A DNA stretch of 64,000 nt from Histomonas meleagridis 2922-C6/04-290x (taxonomy: Eukaryota > Protista > Parabasalia), in assembly GCA_020184695.1 (NCBI GenBank), contig JAANOX010000243.1, forward strand, positions 496,001 to 560,000, in the 5' to 3' direction. Positions 23,328-33,531 of the stretch are shown here, in pieces. The notes under the pieces are model-generated. The model was not told the DNA's origin. It did no database searches and saw nothing but the letters and a program-made list of their open reading frames with translations. The position numbers and the translations under genes are program-made. Positions within the stretch are counted from its first letter, which is position 1. Each line of letters begins with the position of its first letter.

Positions 23328-25217
23328 TTACACATCTTCATCTTTTTCGTCGTCATACTCCAGCATGTCGTCCGTCAATTTCTTCCTTTCTCTTCTTTCG
23401 TCGACTTCTTTCTTCATGTCTTCGATATCACTTTCGAATTTCTTTATAAATTCCTTTCTCCTTTGCTTGCCCGTTTGCGTCAGCAGCCCGTCCTCGATCG
23501 AGAACTGCTTTCCCACATGCCGGATGGCAGCCAAGTACGCAACGCTTGGCAACTTCTCGTAGCGCGCGTAGCTGCGCAAGTACTTCCGCGCCCATTCGGT
23601 GTAGCGCTGCTCGCGGCTGAGTTTTTCCAGTGTTTCGTCATCGTTAATTGTTGCGGACATTGCGTATTCGACAATGGATTTCTTGGGCACTATTATGGCT
23701 AAAAGACACTTCCGCTTAGCATATGGGTAGATAAAGATTTGATTGACATATCGCGATTTTTGATATGCAAAACTTAAATATGGTAATGCAAGCTGGACAC
23801 CTGGCTCATATTCAAAGATGTCGGATGAGCGTCCAGTAACAATTAGATAGCCATGGGGATCAACATATCCTTTGTCACCAGTACTAAACATACCACCTTT
23901 ATAGCTCTTGGATGTAATGGATGGGTTGTTCCAATACCCGGAGAACATAGTGTTGCCATTAAGATAAATATCTTGATTTTGTGAAATTGATATATTGACA
24001 TATGGAGCTACACAACCTACAGTACCAGGAACAATGTCGTAGCGATCTGAAATAGATGCAGGACCACCACATTCTGAAAGTCCATATATAGTGATCAAAT
24101 CAATATCAAGAATATCTGAAAGTTCTTGATGAACATTAGCTGAAAAAGTATCACCAGCAACTACGAACCATTCAAGACATCCACCTAAAGCCTTTTTAAT
24201 AGGGTCAAAAACTAATGAATCCGCAATTCTGCTCCTGAATCCCAGTTTTCTCGTAAAGCTCTGAATCGAAAGAGCGGTTTTTAATGCAAATTGAGAAAAT
24301 TTATTTTGACAACTTTTCTCTTTTATAGTTGTATGAAGTTTTTGTAGTACAAATGGAATATTCGGGCCTGCGGTTGCGTGGACGATTTTCATGTCTTCAA
24401 ACGCAGTTCCAAAATTATTTCGAGCGAAAACAATTCTTCCACCTGAAAACATTATTACTCCAACTGTAATTCGTTCAAGAATATGAGCTAGTGGAAGAAA
24501 TGATACATGTATAATCCACTCACGAGCATTCACAGATGCTGTAATCGTATATATTGCATATAACATTACATGATGTGATAACATTACACCTTTAGGTGCA
24601 CCAACTGTACCAGACGAATAACAAATTGTACATATGTCTTCAGGAACTATTAAAGGAGGAAGGATGTATTCGGTTTTATGAAGAAGAGGTTCAAGAAGAA
24701 CTTGTTTAACGTTTTTGGGAATTTTAATTTTATAGGATTGATCAATATGCTCGTTTAGAATGAGGGTGTGAAGATGTGGTAGACCGCCCTTGAAAATATG
24801 ATTAAGATTACGACTTTTAAGAGGTGATACATAAAGAATTGAAGTTTCTGAATCAGAAAAAATAAAACTACCATAAGCTTCAAGAGATGAATCAAATGCA
24901 AAAACAATATTAAATCCATAGATTTGTGCTGCTTCAAGGAAAATAACAGATTCAATACGATTTTCACAATAGACTCCAAGTCTATCTCCAGGTTTAAGAC
25001 CAATTTCTACAAGAGAAGTACCAAGAGACATTGCTTGTTCATGGATTTGATGCCTTGTTGTCCAAACAACTTGATTATCATTTATGATACGCCCAACGTA
25101 GGGTCTATTACCATGCTTTTTATCAGTCCAAAAATAAAAATCCTGCATTGTTTTTATGCTTTTTGGATAGCTTTCAATTTGATCAATCCAACGTTGAGGA
25201 GATTTCCTTATCTTCAT
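23328..25217 (-). CDS. Long-chain acyl-CoA synthetase (AMP-binding family)
   Basis: YSSGTVGAPKGVMLSH, LPLAHILER, IYGLSEC, TGDKG, ITGRS-like segment and LLTQTGKQRR. Confidence 0.9.
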   Translation of the reverse strand: MKIRKSPQRWIDQIESYPKSIKTMQDFYFWTDKKHGNRPYVGRIINDNQVVWTTRHQIHEQAMSLGTSLVEIGLKPGDRLGVYCENRIESVIFLEAAQIYGFNIVFAFDSSLEAYGSFIFSDSETSILYVSPLKSRNLNHIFKGGLPHLHTLILNEHIDQSYKIKIPKNVKQVLLEPLLHKTEYILPPLIVPEDICTICYSSGTVGAPKGVMLSHHVMLYAIYTITASVNAREWIIHVSFLPLAHILERITVGVIMFSGGRIVFARNNFGTAFEDMKIVHATAGPNIPFVLQKLHTTIKEKSCQNKFSQFALKTALSIQSFTRKLGFRSRIADSLVFDPIKKALGGCLEWFVVAGDTFSANVHQELSDILDIDLITIYGLSECGGPASISDRYDIVPGTVGCVAPYVNISISQNQDIYLNGNTMFSGYWNNPSITSKSYKGGMFSTGDKGYVDPHGYLIVTGRSSDIFEYEPGVQLALPYLSFAYQKSRYVNQIFIYPYAKRKCLLAIIVPKKSIVEYAMSATINDDETLEKLSREQRYTEWARKYLRSYARYEKLPSVAYLAAIRHVGKQFSIEDGLLTQTGKQRRKEFIKKFESDIEDMKKEVDERRERKKLTDDMLEYDDEKDEDV

Positions 25218-25704
25218 AAAATGTCACTTTTTGTTTATTTCCGATCTTCAAAAAAAACGATTACGAAAAAATTAAAGCAAAAGATTTGTTATTCTAAGTG
25301 ATAATAAGAAAAATAATTTATGTACCATGAAAGGCAGTTGCGTTTTTTCTTATTTTTCAAATAAAAAAGAAAAATATTTTTCTTTCATTATTAGCAATTA
25401 TTTAACTAAATAATTATTTAACAAGCCTGAATTACCAAAGGAGAAGCTGCTACATTAAGTATTATCAAATAATAATCAAATAATCAAAATAGAATAACCA
25501 AAATTTTGGTTCAATAATATAAAAATTTTTCTGATCGAAAAAGATATGTATACGTGCAGCTTGTTCAATTGATAATAAAATGTCTTAAATTTTTGGGGAA
25601 AAAGGGCAAATTTACAAATACTAATATTGATTTTATAGCCAACCATTTTAGTATATTTTTTACCTTCTAACCCCTTTTTCACAAGACCTAAAGAACAAAC
25701 AGTA

Positions 25705-26752
25705 ATGTTATTAGATTCAAATTTACATGTTTATTCAAATTCTTGGCGAAATGAAGAAGATGAATCTATTATAGAATTACGGTTTTTATTTGATTCTGTA
25801 ATTTTTGAGGATTTGGCAGGAGAAAGTTGTCTATTTTTATATGCATCAGGAAATGAAGCACAGAAAATACTTGGTTATTCAATTTTCTCTCCGTCATCAG
25901 CAAAAAATGCATTGTCAATTGCTGCTTCTGATAAAGTTTATAATTTTCAAAATGCTAAAATTTTAATCAGTGAGGAAAAAATGAATTTAATCTATTTTAC
26001 ATGTATAATTAGCCATCTTTAGAATCAATGAGTTTAAAAGAATAATTTTTTTTTCTCTATTTATGATTTTACGTTACCAAACAGATCTTCTCTATTAGTT
26101 TACTTAGGTTATGAAGAATATCAAGAATATTAAAATAATTTTGAACATTTTTATCAATTGTTTGCTTATTAAGGTACTAATTATCAAACACCTGCATATG
26201 TTTTTGATGTTGATTCAGAAACTCTCCATAAATTTCAAATAGGTCTTAATCCGAATATTCTTTTATATACAGGAATATAATGGCGCCTGGTTCTTTTATT
26301 TATAACAAAATCTATACCTGATATAAATCATGGTTCTAATGATTCAAATTACATGAAGGAGGATTTGGTTTTGTTTGATGGAACTTCAATGGCAACACAA
26401 AATGCTACAGGTGCTTCACCTCTTATTTCACAATATTTTACTGATGGATATTATTTAAATGAAACAGTTAAAGTTAATTCTCTTCTTGTAAAAGGAGAAA
26501 AAGGAAATTTGCAATTACCAAATAATGTTTCATTCGCAATTATATTCACAAACACAAATAGATGATGAGATAAAAGATAAAGTTACAATCATTGGTAATT
26601 ATTATCCAAAAAATACACTAAAGAAAGAAGAAATCGCTGCAATTGTTATCGCTTCGGTTGTTGTTGTAGCAGGAATTATAATCAGATCGATCTTTCTAAT
26701 CAAAAGATATACAAAGAAAGAAATGACGTTGGAAGACTCATTAAATCCATAA
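25705..26752 (+). pseudogene. Subtilisin (S8) peptidase remnant with C-terminal transmembrane helix
   Basis: Fragments ASGNE, SPSSAKNALSIAA, APG, GTSMAT, LISQYFTDGYY and TM IAAIVIASVVVVAGIII lie in different frames separated by stops. Confidence 0.75.
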
Positions 26753-26850
26753 TTAATTTTTTATTATTTCAGGAGGTTAGAGTAAAGTCATTTTATTTTC
26801 TATAAAATTGTGAATAACAACTTTTTCCAGATATTCTGAAAATATTCTAT

Positions 26851-29402
26851 ATGCGCATAGAATTAAAAATTATGTCACAACATAATTACTATATGGAAAA
26901 AGGTAACTCCAAACCTCAAGATAAATACATGATCCTACTAACATCACTTGAGCAAGTCATATTTAATTTAACTGAAGAAAATATTGAATCAGCAACACAA
27001 CAAACTCTGGATTTGTTTGATTCTAGTTTTCCTATTTCATTTAATTTTGTTATCAAAAATATGGTTTACAAAGCAATTAATTGTGGGAAGAATGTAATTG
27101 ATATATATTTAAATTATTTAAAATTAATTCAAACAAAAGAAACAGAAATGAACGAAAACAATCCCGATATCATTAAAATTTTTACTGATTTCTTATATGG
27201 AATTAGGAAAAATGAAGCGTACACTATAATTGAAAAAATGATTGAGAGAAAACTAATTGATGGAAATATAACACAACTTAAATCTTTTTATTTTATGCAC
27301 CATCGCAAAGGAATTACTGATGAATTCTTAGATATATTGTTTAATGATCCATTTCAAGAAACCAAATTTTTTTTAGATAATTATGAAGAGCTTTCAAAGA
27401 ATGATTGGAAAGCTCATAAGAAATATTTAAAAGAAGAACATAATCCAAATGAAATTTGTAAAATAATTAGAAATGATGAAATAGAAAAACTTCAAGAAAT
27501 AACATCGCAAACAAAATTTAATATCGATCAAACAATTGAACCATCGCTCTATGAAAAATGTTCTTTTATTAATAAAGAAAATACAACATTAATTGATTAT
27601 GCAGCATTTTTTGGATCAATTAAATGTTTTAAGCATTTATTTTTAAATGGTGCAGATCCAAAAAATGCAAGTAAATATGCAATTGCAGGTGGAAATCTTG
27701 AAATTATTCATTTATGTGAACAAAACCATTTATCATTTGAAGATGCATTTAAAACAGCTATTAAATTCCATCAAAATGATATCTTTCATTATCTTTATGA
27801 AAATGGGCTTGATACTAAGTCTACTTGTTATTTGAAATATTATTGTGTTCAAAATGAAAATTATGAAATTTTTTCATTTTTAGGTGATGAGAAAATCGAA
27901 GATTATGTTATTAATGAATCAGCTAAAAATGGAAACTTATATCTTGTAAAACATCTTATTTTAAACTATAAAATTCCAAAAAACATTTTGGTCTTCTCTT
28001 CAAAATCAGGAAATATTGAACTTGTTGAATATATTCTAAAACAAGGAATTGATATTAATGCTAGAAGTATTTATTTATTATGTTTTTAATTTGTTTTAAT
28101 AATTTCATATTTCAAAAAAATATTTGGAAATTTTTTTTATTTTTTAAAACAGCACTAATGAAAGCATCTAAATATGGATATACAGAAATTGTTAAATTAC
28201 TTCTTGAACAAGAAGAAATTGATGTTAATGCTGAAATAAAAATTTATATGTTTTATTTGAAGTTTGTTTTATTAATTTGATAAAATATCATAATAATTCA
28301 TGTTAACACAGCACTTATGAAAGCAACTGTAAGTGGTAATCTAGAAATCGTTAAATTACTTCTTGAACATAAAGGAATTAATATTAATGCTCAAGATATT
28401 CATTAGTTATATTTTATATATATTTTATAAATTTGAAGTTTTAAAATAAAAATTGAAATTTATTTATCTGATTAGAAACTGCACTTATAAAAGCAGTAAA
28501 AAATAATTATTTAGAAATAGTCAAATTATTACTAGAACAAGAAGGAACTGATGTTAATATACAAAATATTTTTTTGTTTTAATTTTTGTTTATTTTAATA
28601 AGTTATGATTTGAATATAATATATGGAACTTAATTAAATTATTTTGGACGGCACTTAATTATGCTGTTGCATGTAATTTTTATGATGAAGTTGAAATTCT
28701 TCTTAAACATAAAATAATAGATGTTAATAATAAAGATTTTTATTTATTTTATTTCGAACTTATTTTAATATTTTAATGTTTCAAAATAATAATTAGAAAT
28801 CATTCAAATTATTTGATACACCGCTTATTCGTGCGTCTAAAAATGGTTACTTCGAAATGGTTGAATTGCTTTTAGAAAATGGAGTTGATATTAATGCGAT
28901 AAATATATAATAATTTTATTAAATGTTTGTTATAAGATATCAAAGTTTTCTAATAATATTTGGAAACTATCCAAAATATTTCAAACAGCACTTATTTGTG
29001 CATCTGAAAATGATAAAACAGATGTTGTTGAAGTTCTTGTTGATCAAGAAGAAATTGATATCAATATTAAGGATATTTATAAGTTTTATTTAATGATTAC
29101 TTTTATAATTTGATATTTAAAAATAAAATTTGGAAATTATATAATATATTTCGAACAGCACTTATCTATGCTGTTAAAAATGGTAACATAGAAATAGTTC
29201 TATTACTTCTTGAACAAAAAGGAATTGATATAACTACCAAAGATGTTAAGATATTTTATTTAAAATTTGCTTTAGTAATTTTATATTTCAAAATTATACT
29301 TGGAAATTATTTAAATCATTTGGTACAGCTCTTAAATTTGCTGAAGATTATCCAGAGATAAAGAAATTACTTCTTGAAAAATCGGAAAAATCAGGAAATT
29401 AA
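26851..29402 (+). CDS. DUF3447-ankyrin gene A: N-terminal domain plus 8 ankyrin segments, each preceded by a frame-breaking spacer
   Basis: ORF 26851-28089 has IIRNDEIEKLQ and LIDYAAFFGSIKCFKHL. Stop-free ankyrin segments then start at 28149, 28308, 28478, 28648, 28818, 28985, 29155 and 29325 (TALMKASKYG..., TALMKATVSG..., TALIKAVKNN..., TALNYAVACN..., TPLIRASKNG..., TALICASEND..., TALIYAVKNG..., TALKFAEDY...GN*). Full-length product depends on spacer removal. Confidence 0.75.
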
Positions 29403-29488
29403 TAAAAAATAACTTATTTTTAAATAAATATTTTTATGTTTGGCTTAAAATGACAATCAACGACTACAAATAATTGTATAACTTTGAT

Positions 29489-31477
29489 TCAATGAATGGT
29501 ACATTTACTTTGATTGCCTGCGGTGGCTTGTTGGTACTGTTCCATTTCTTCCAATTGTGGTGGCACAAACTCCATATCCATTAGTTTCAAAAATGGAATT
29601 ATATCGCGATACAAAGAACCGCGATAAAAGAAGTAATCGATCAAATCGACAGGTATTCCCAAGAATCCCCACTTTGCACCTAATACTGCTCCAGCTACTG
29701 CAGCATTTGTATCTGTATCTCCGCCTTGTCTAATTACGGTTTCAATTCCTTGAGCGTAGCTTAAATCCTTTCTCAGAACCCATATAGCACAAGCCATTGT
29801 TTTCATTGTTGAACATTCCTTATCATTCAAATTCAAATCTTCGATCTTATCAGCATATAAGTACCGACTTACTTCCTCTTTCTGTACCTTAGGGAACCTA
29901 AACAAAGCTTTTTGAATAACACTTTCGATATCAAAAGTTGGTGTAAGTCCACTTCTCCATTTCAATAGCTCCGATATCAAAAGTGACACCAAAACCGCTG
30001 AAAAACAACACAACCGATGACGATGAGTCGCCTGACAAAATTGAATGGACTGATCGATAACCGTTTGCGTATCCCAAAACTTATAGCAACCAGCGGCTGC
30101 AGTGCGCATAACACCTCCATTACCTGAGAGACGATAACCAGTTGACTTGAAATACTCATCAGACGCCTTTAAGACATCTTTTGTATAATCTTTCCAATGA
30201 GCACATGCAGCTGTTGAAATTCCTTGACCATATCCTATTTCATCACAATGCTCAGGAAGTCCATGGTCAAGCCAATCCAAAATTCGTGCTCCACAATCGT
30301 TAATATTAAATTCACCGTTGTTTGCAATAATACTTCTTATAAACATTAACATTAATGCTGTGTCATCAGTGAATGTACCTCTATGGAAGTATAATAACCT
30401 TCTATTCATAAATGGATGTGTCCAAGTGATATCTGCTGGTAATTCAAGCTTGAAATTAATTTCTTCTGGATCATCCATTTCAACGCCGAGCCCAAGGCAA
30501 TCACCAATAGCGGAGCCATAAAGGCATCCCATTATGAAGAAAGCTGCTTTCTTCTTGTCAACCCTCTCCGGCGGTTGAAAACGGTTGGTAACGGTGTACA
30601 GCGGTTGTTTATCGTTGGGCGGGGTGGGCCATGGGCCATAGAGGAGTCTGTAAGCGCTATGCCAATCGCCTGATGCTTGAGGCGATGCAAATTTTTTGCC
30701 GATGTAACCAACTTTAGGTAGCTTTGCACTGAAATTTTTGAGATTTGGGAAATCTACGACTTTATCTTTTGTAAGGAATACTTGGTTTAATTTGGTTTTA
30801 CGAGAGGAATTGGTGAAAATTGCTGTGCCTGTGTACCCTGACATAAGTTTCTGGAAATTTGGAAGATATGTAAATGGCGAAAAATCTATTTTGGGAATTG
30901 GTAAACTGTTAGCAATGAGAACTTGTAAATTCTTGCAGGAGTGAAGAGGAGATATATCAGTTAAATTTGTTTCACTGAAATTTCCCCATTCCAGTGATGG
31001 AAGTGATGGGATTCTTGGTATACGAGTTCCACTTGTTTCAAGATATTCAAGGTTTGGAAGATTGACTTCGAAAATGTCGAGCATTTCTGTTCCTTTTTCA
31101 GGACTACAAAATGACATATCAAGAGCTCTTAACGAGTCACAGTTTTCTATAATAAGAGACTTCAGGTTAGTGCAACCAGAAATATCAAGGGCAATAAGTT
31201 TTGGAAGATTTGTTAATTTAATTGATGTTATTGCTGAACAGTGTGAAAGACGTAGCTTTTCAAGGTTAGGATACGAATCTAGATTTACGTCACCAACTCC
31301 TGAAAAAAATAAGTCTGCAACAACTGTGTCATTTTCAATAAATGGTTCAGGAACTTCTTTTAAAAATGCATAAGAAATATGGTGTGGTATATCTTCAAAA
31401 AAAGGAACAAAACATTTTGGACATAATGGCAAAATGCTTTCTTTACCACAGCTCTTGCAGGTGCAATTTTTTTTCAT
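29489..31477 (-). CDS. LRR plus ADP-ribosylglycohydrolase (ARH/DraG) domain protein
   Basis: N-terminal CxxC...CxxC, LRRs (LEKLRLSHCSAITSIKLTNLPKLIALDISGC), then GSAIGDCLG, FTDDT, GNGGVMR and GGDTDTNAAVAGAVLGA. C-terminus KCTIH. Confidence 0.88.
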   Translation of the reverse strand: MKKNCTCKSCGKESILPLCPKCFVPFFEDIPHHISYAFLKEVPEPFIENDTVVADLFFSGVGDVNLDSYPNLEKLRLSHCSAITSIKLTNLPKLIALDISGCTNLKSLIIENCDSLRALDMSFCSPEKGTEMLDIFEVNLPNLEYLETSGTRIPRIPSLPSLEWGNFSETNLTDISPLHSCKNLQVLIANSLPIPKIDFSPFTYLPNFQKLMSGYTGTAIFTNSSRKTKLNQVFLTKDKVVDFPNLKNFSAKLPKVGYIGKKFASPQASGDWHSAYRLLYGPWPTPPNDKQPLYTVTNRFQPPERVDKKKAAFFIMGCLYGSAIGDCLGLGVEMDDPEEINFKLELPADITWTHPFMNRRLLYFHRGTFTDDTALMLMFIRSIIANNGEFNINDCGARILDWLDHGLPEHCDEIGYGQGISTAACAHWKDYTKDVLKASDEYFKSTGYRLSGNGGVMRTAAAGCYKFWDTQTVIDQSIQFCQATHRHRLCCFSAVLVSLLISELLKWRSGLTPTFDIESVIQKALFRFPKVQKEEVSRYLYADKIEDLNLNDKECSTMKTMACAIWVLRKDLSYAQGIETVIRQGGDTDTNAAVAGAVLGAKWGFLGIPVDLIDYFFYRGSLYRDIIPFLKLMDMEFVPPQLEEMEQYQQATAGNQSKCTIH

Positions 31478-32029
31478 TCCTTTTCGTTTGCATTTTTTGT
31501 CATTTTTTTTAAAGAAATAAAAATCTGTCAATTTCCGATAAAAAACTCTGATCAAAATCTATTGCTTCAACCATTAGATAAATATGGCAATCTACTTGCT
31601 GTTGCTTAAAATTCGTTTTTGCTTTTCTTCATCTCAATTAGTTGAAAAATAATAAAATTGTTTGAAATATGATGTTTTTTAGTAAAATTTTTGTAGCGTA
31701 AAATACAAATAAAATCAGGTAGAAATCAAATTTGTTCATAATCTAAGCAACTGATGATTTTTTTTTTAAATAAATTTATATTAATATTTATAAAATTTTA
31801 AAATGAATATTTATGTAATTTCATAAAAAGATTCTTATTTATTTGTTTCTACAAGCAGAATAATTATTTTTTACAAGTAAAAATTACATTTTAATCATTT
31901 TTCACCATTCGTTTTATTGGCCACTTTTTTACTTCATCTATTCAACTTTTTGTATGCTGTATTGCTCGAATTGTCCCGACGATTTGTATAAAAAAGTGCA
32001 AACCTCTGTTCACTTCACAACTATTCCTA

Positions 32030-33159
32030 ATGGCTGAAGACGAAGTTCAAACATTAGTTATCGATAATGGTTCCGGTATGTGCAAGGCTGGTTTCGCTGG
32101 TGATGAAGCACCACGTTCAGTTTTCCCATCCATTGTTGGTCGTCCAAAGTATGTCCAAACAATCGCAGGTGGTCAAAACAAGGATACATATGTTGGTGAT
32201 GAAGCATGCGCTAAGGCAGGTATCCTTATCCTCAAGTACCCAATTGAACACGGTATCGTTACCAACTGGGACGATATGAAAAGATCTGCCACCACACATT
32301 CTACAACGAATTACGTGTTGACCCAGCTGAACATCCAGTTCTTCTTACAGAAGCCCCAATGAACCCAAAGGCCAACCGTGAAAAGATGATCCAACTCCAA
32401 TTCGAAACATTCAACGTTCCAGCATTCTATGTTGGTATCCAAGCCGTTCTTTCCCTTTACTCCTCAGGTCGTACAACCGGTATTGTTTTCGATGCAGGTG
32501 ATGGTGTTTCCCACACAGTTCCAATCTACGAAGGTTATTCCCTTCCACACGCCATCATGCGTATCAACCTCGCCGGCCGTGATCTTACAGCCTACCTCCA
32601 AAAGATCCTCAACGAACGTGGTTACACCTTCACAACATCCGCCGAAAAGGAAATCGTTCGTGATATCAAGGAGAAGCACGCATATGTTGCACTTGATTTC
32701 GACGAAGAAATGAACAAGGCCGCCACAACATCCGAATGCGACATCTCATACACACTTCCAGATGGCAACGTCATCACCATCGCCAACGAGCGCTTCAGGT
32801 GCCCAGAACTTCTTTTCAAGCCACACTTCAATGGCTTCGAATTCGAAGGTATTGACCAAACCCTCTTCAACTCCATCATGGCATGCGATATCGATGTCCG
32901 TAAGGATCTCTACGCTAACATTGTTCTTTCCGGTGGTACCACAATGTTCGAAGGTCTCCCAGAACGTATGGAGAAGGAAATGGTCCGCCTCGCACCACCA
33001 ACAATGAAGATCAAAGTCGTCGCCCCACCAGAACGTAAGTACGCAGTTTGGATCGGTGGCTCCATCCTTGCCTCCCTTGCCACATTCCCACAAATGGTTA
33101 TCACACGTGACGAATACAACGAAGCTGGTCCAGGAATTGTCCACCGCAAGTGCTTCTAA
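32030..33159 (+). pseudogene. ACT: Actin with one frameshift (pseudogene or sequence error)
   Basis: Complete actin sequence across two frames. A G is missing at 32279 (ATG GAA -> ATG AA) and TGG reads TGC at 32287-32289. Confidence 0.9.
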
Positions 33160-33531
33160 ACAACATGAATTGTCAAATTTTTGTTTTTTATAATGAATTA
33201 CATTAAATCCATAAATTTTTGTCACTTAGCGAAGGAATTTACCAGTTTCATTGCAATGATTTATGTATTTCGTAAACAAATTCAATATTTAATTTTTGTT
33301 TCCAATTGAAACAAATGGGAATCAAAACAAATATTACTGTATTATATTTTCCAAATAAGAATATCAAATTAAAAAATCAGTTTCTTTTGTACAAAAGTCG
33401 GATTGGAAAAAAGGAAATTTTGATCATTTTGTTTGCATGGACAGTGGTTTCTAAACGGTCTACTTTGAATGGACTTTTTGGTTATTCTTTAGTTTACTTT
33501 GGGTTTTGAAATATTTTTGCAGTTTTTAAAG

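Noticed and set aside
28250-28311. Canonical intron in the aberrant spacer (GTTTTA...GTTAACACAG)
   Set aside because: The acceptor resembles the consensus only loosely, and this splice puts the downstream ankyrin segment out of frame.
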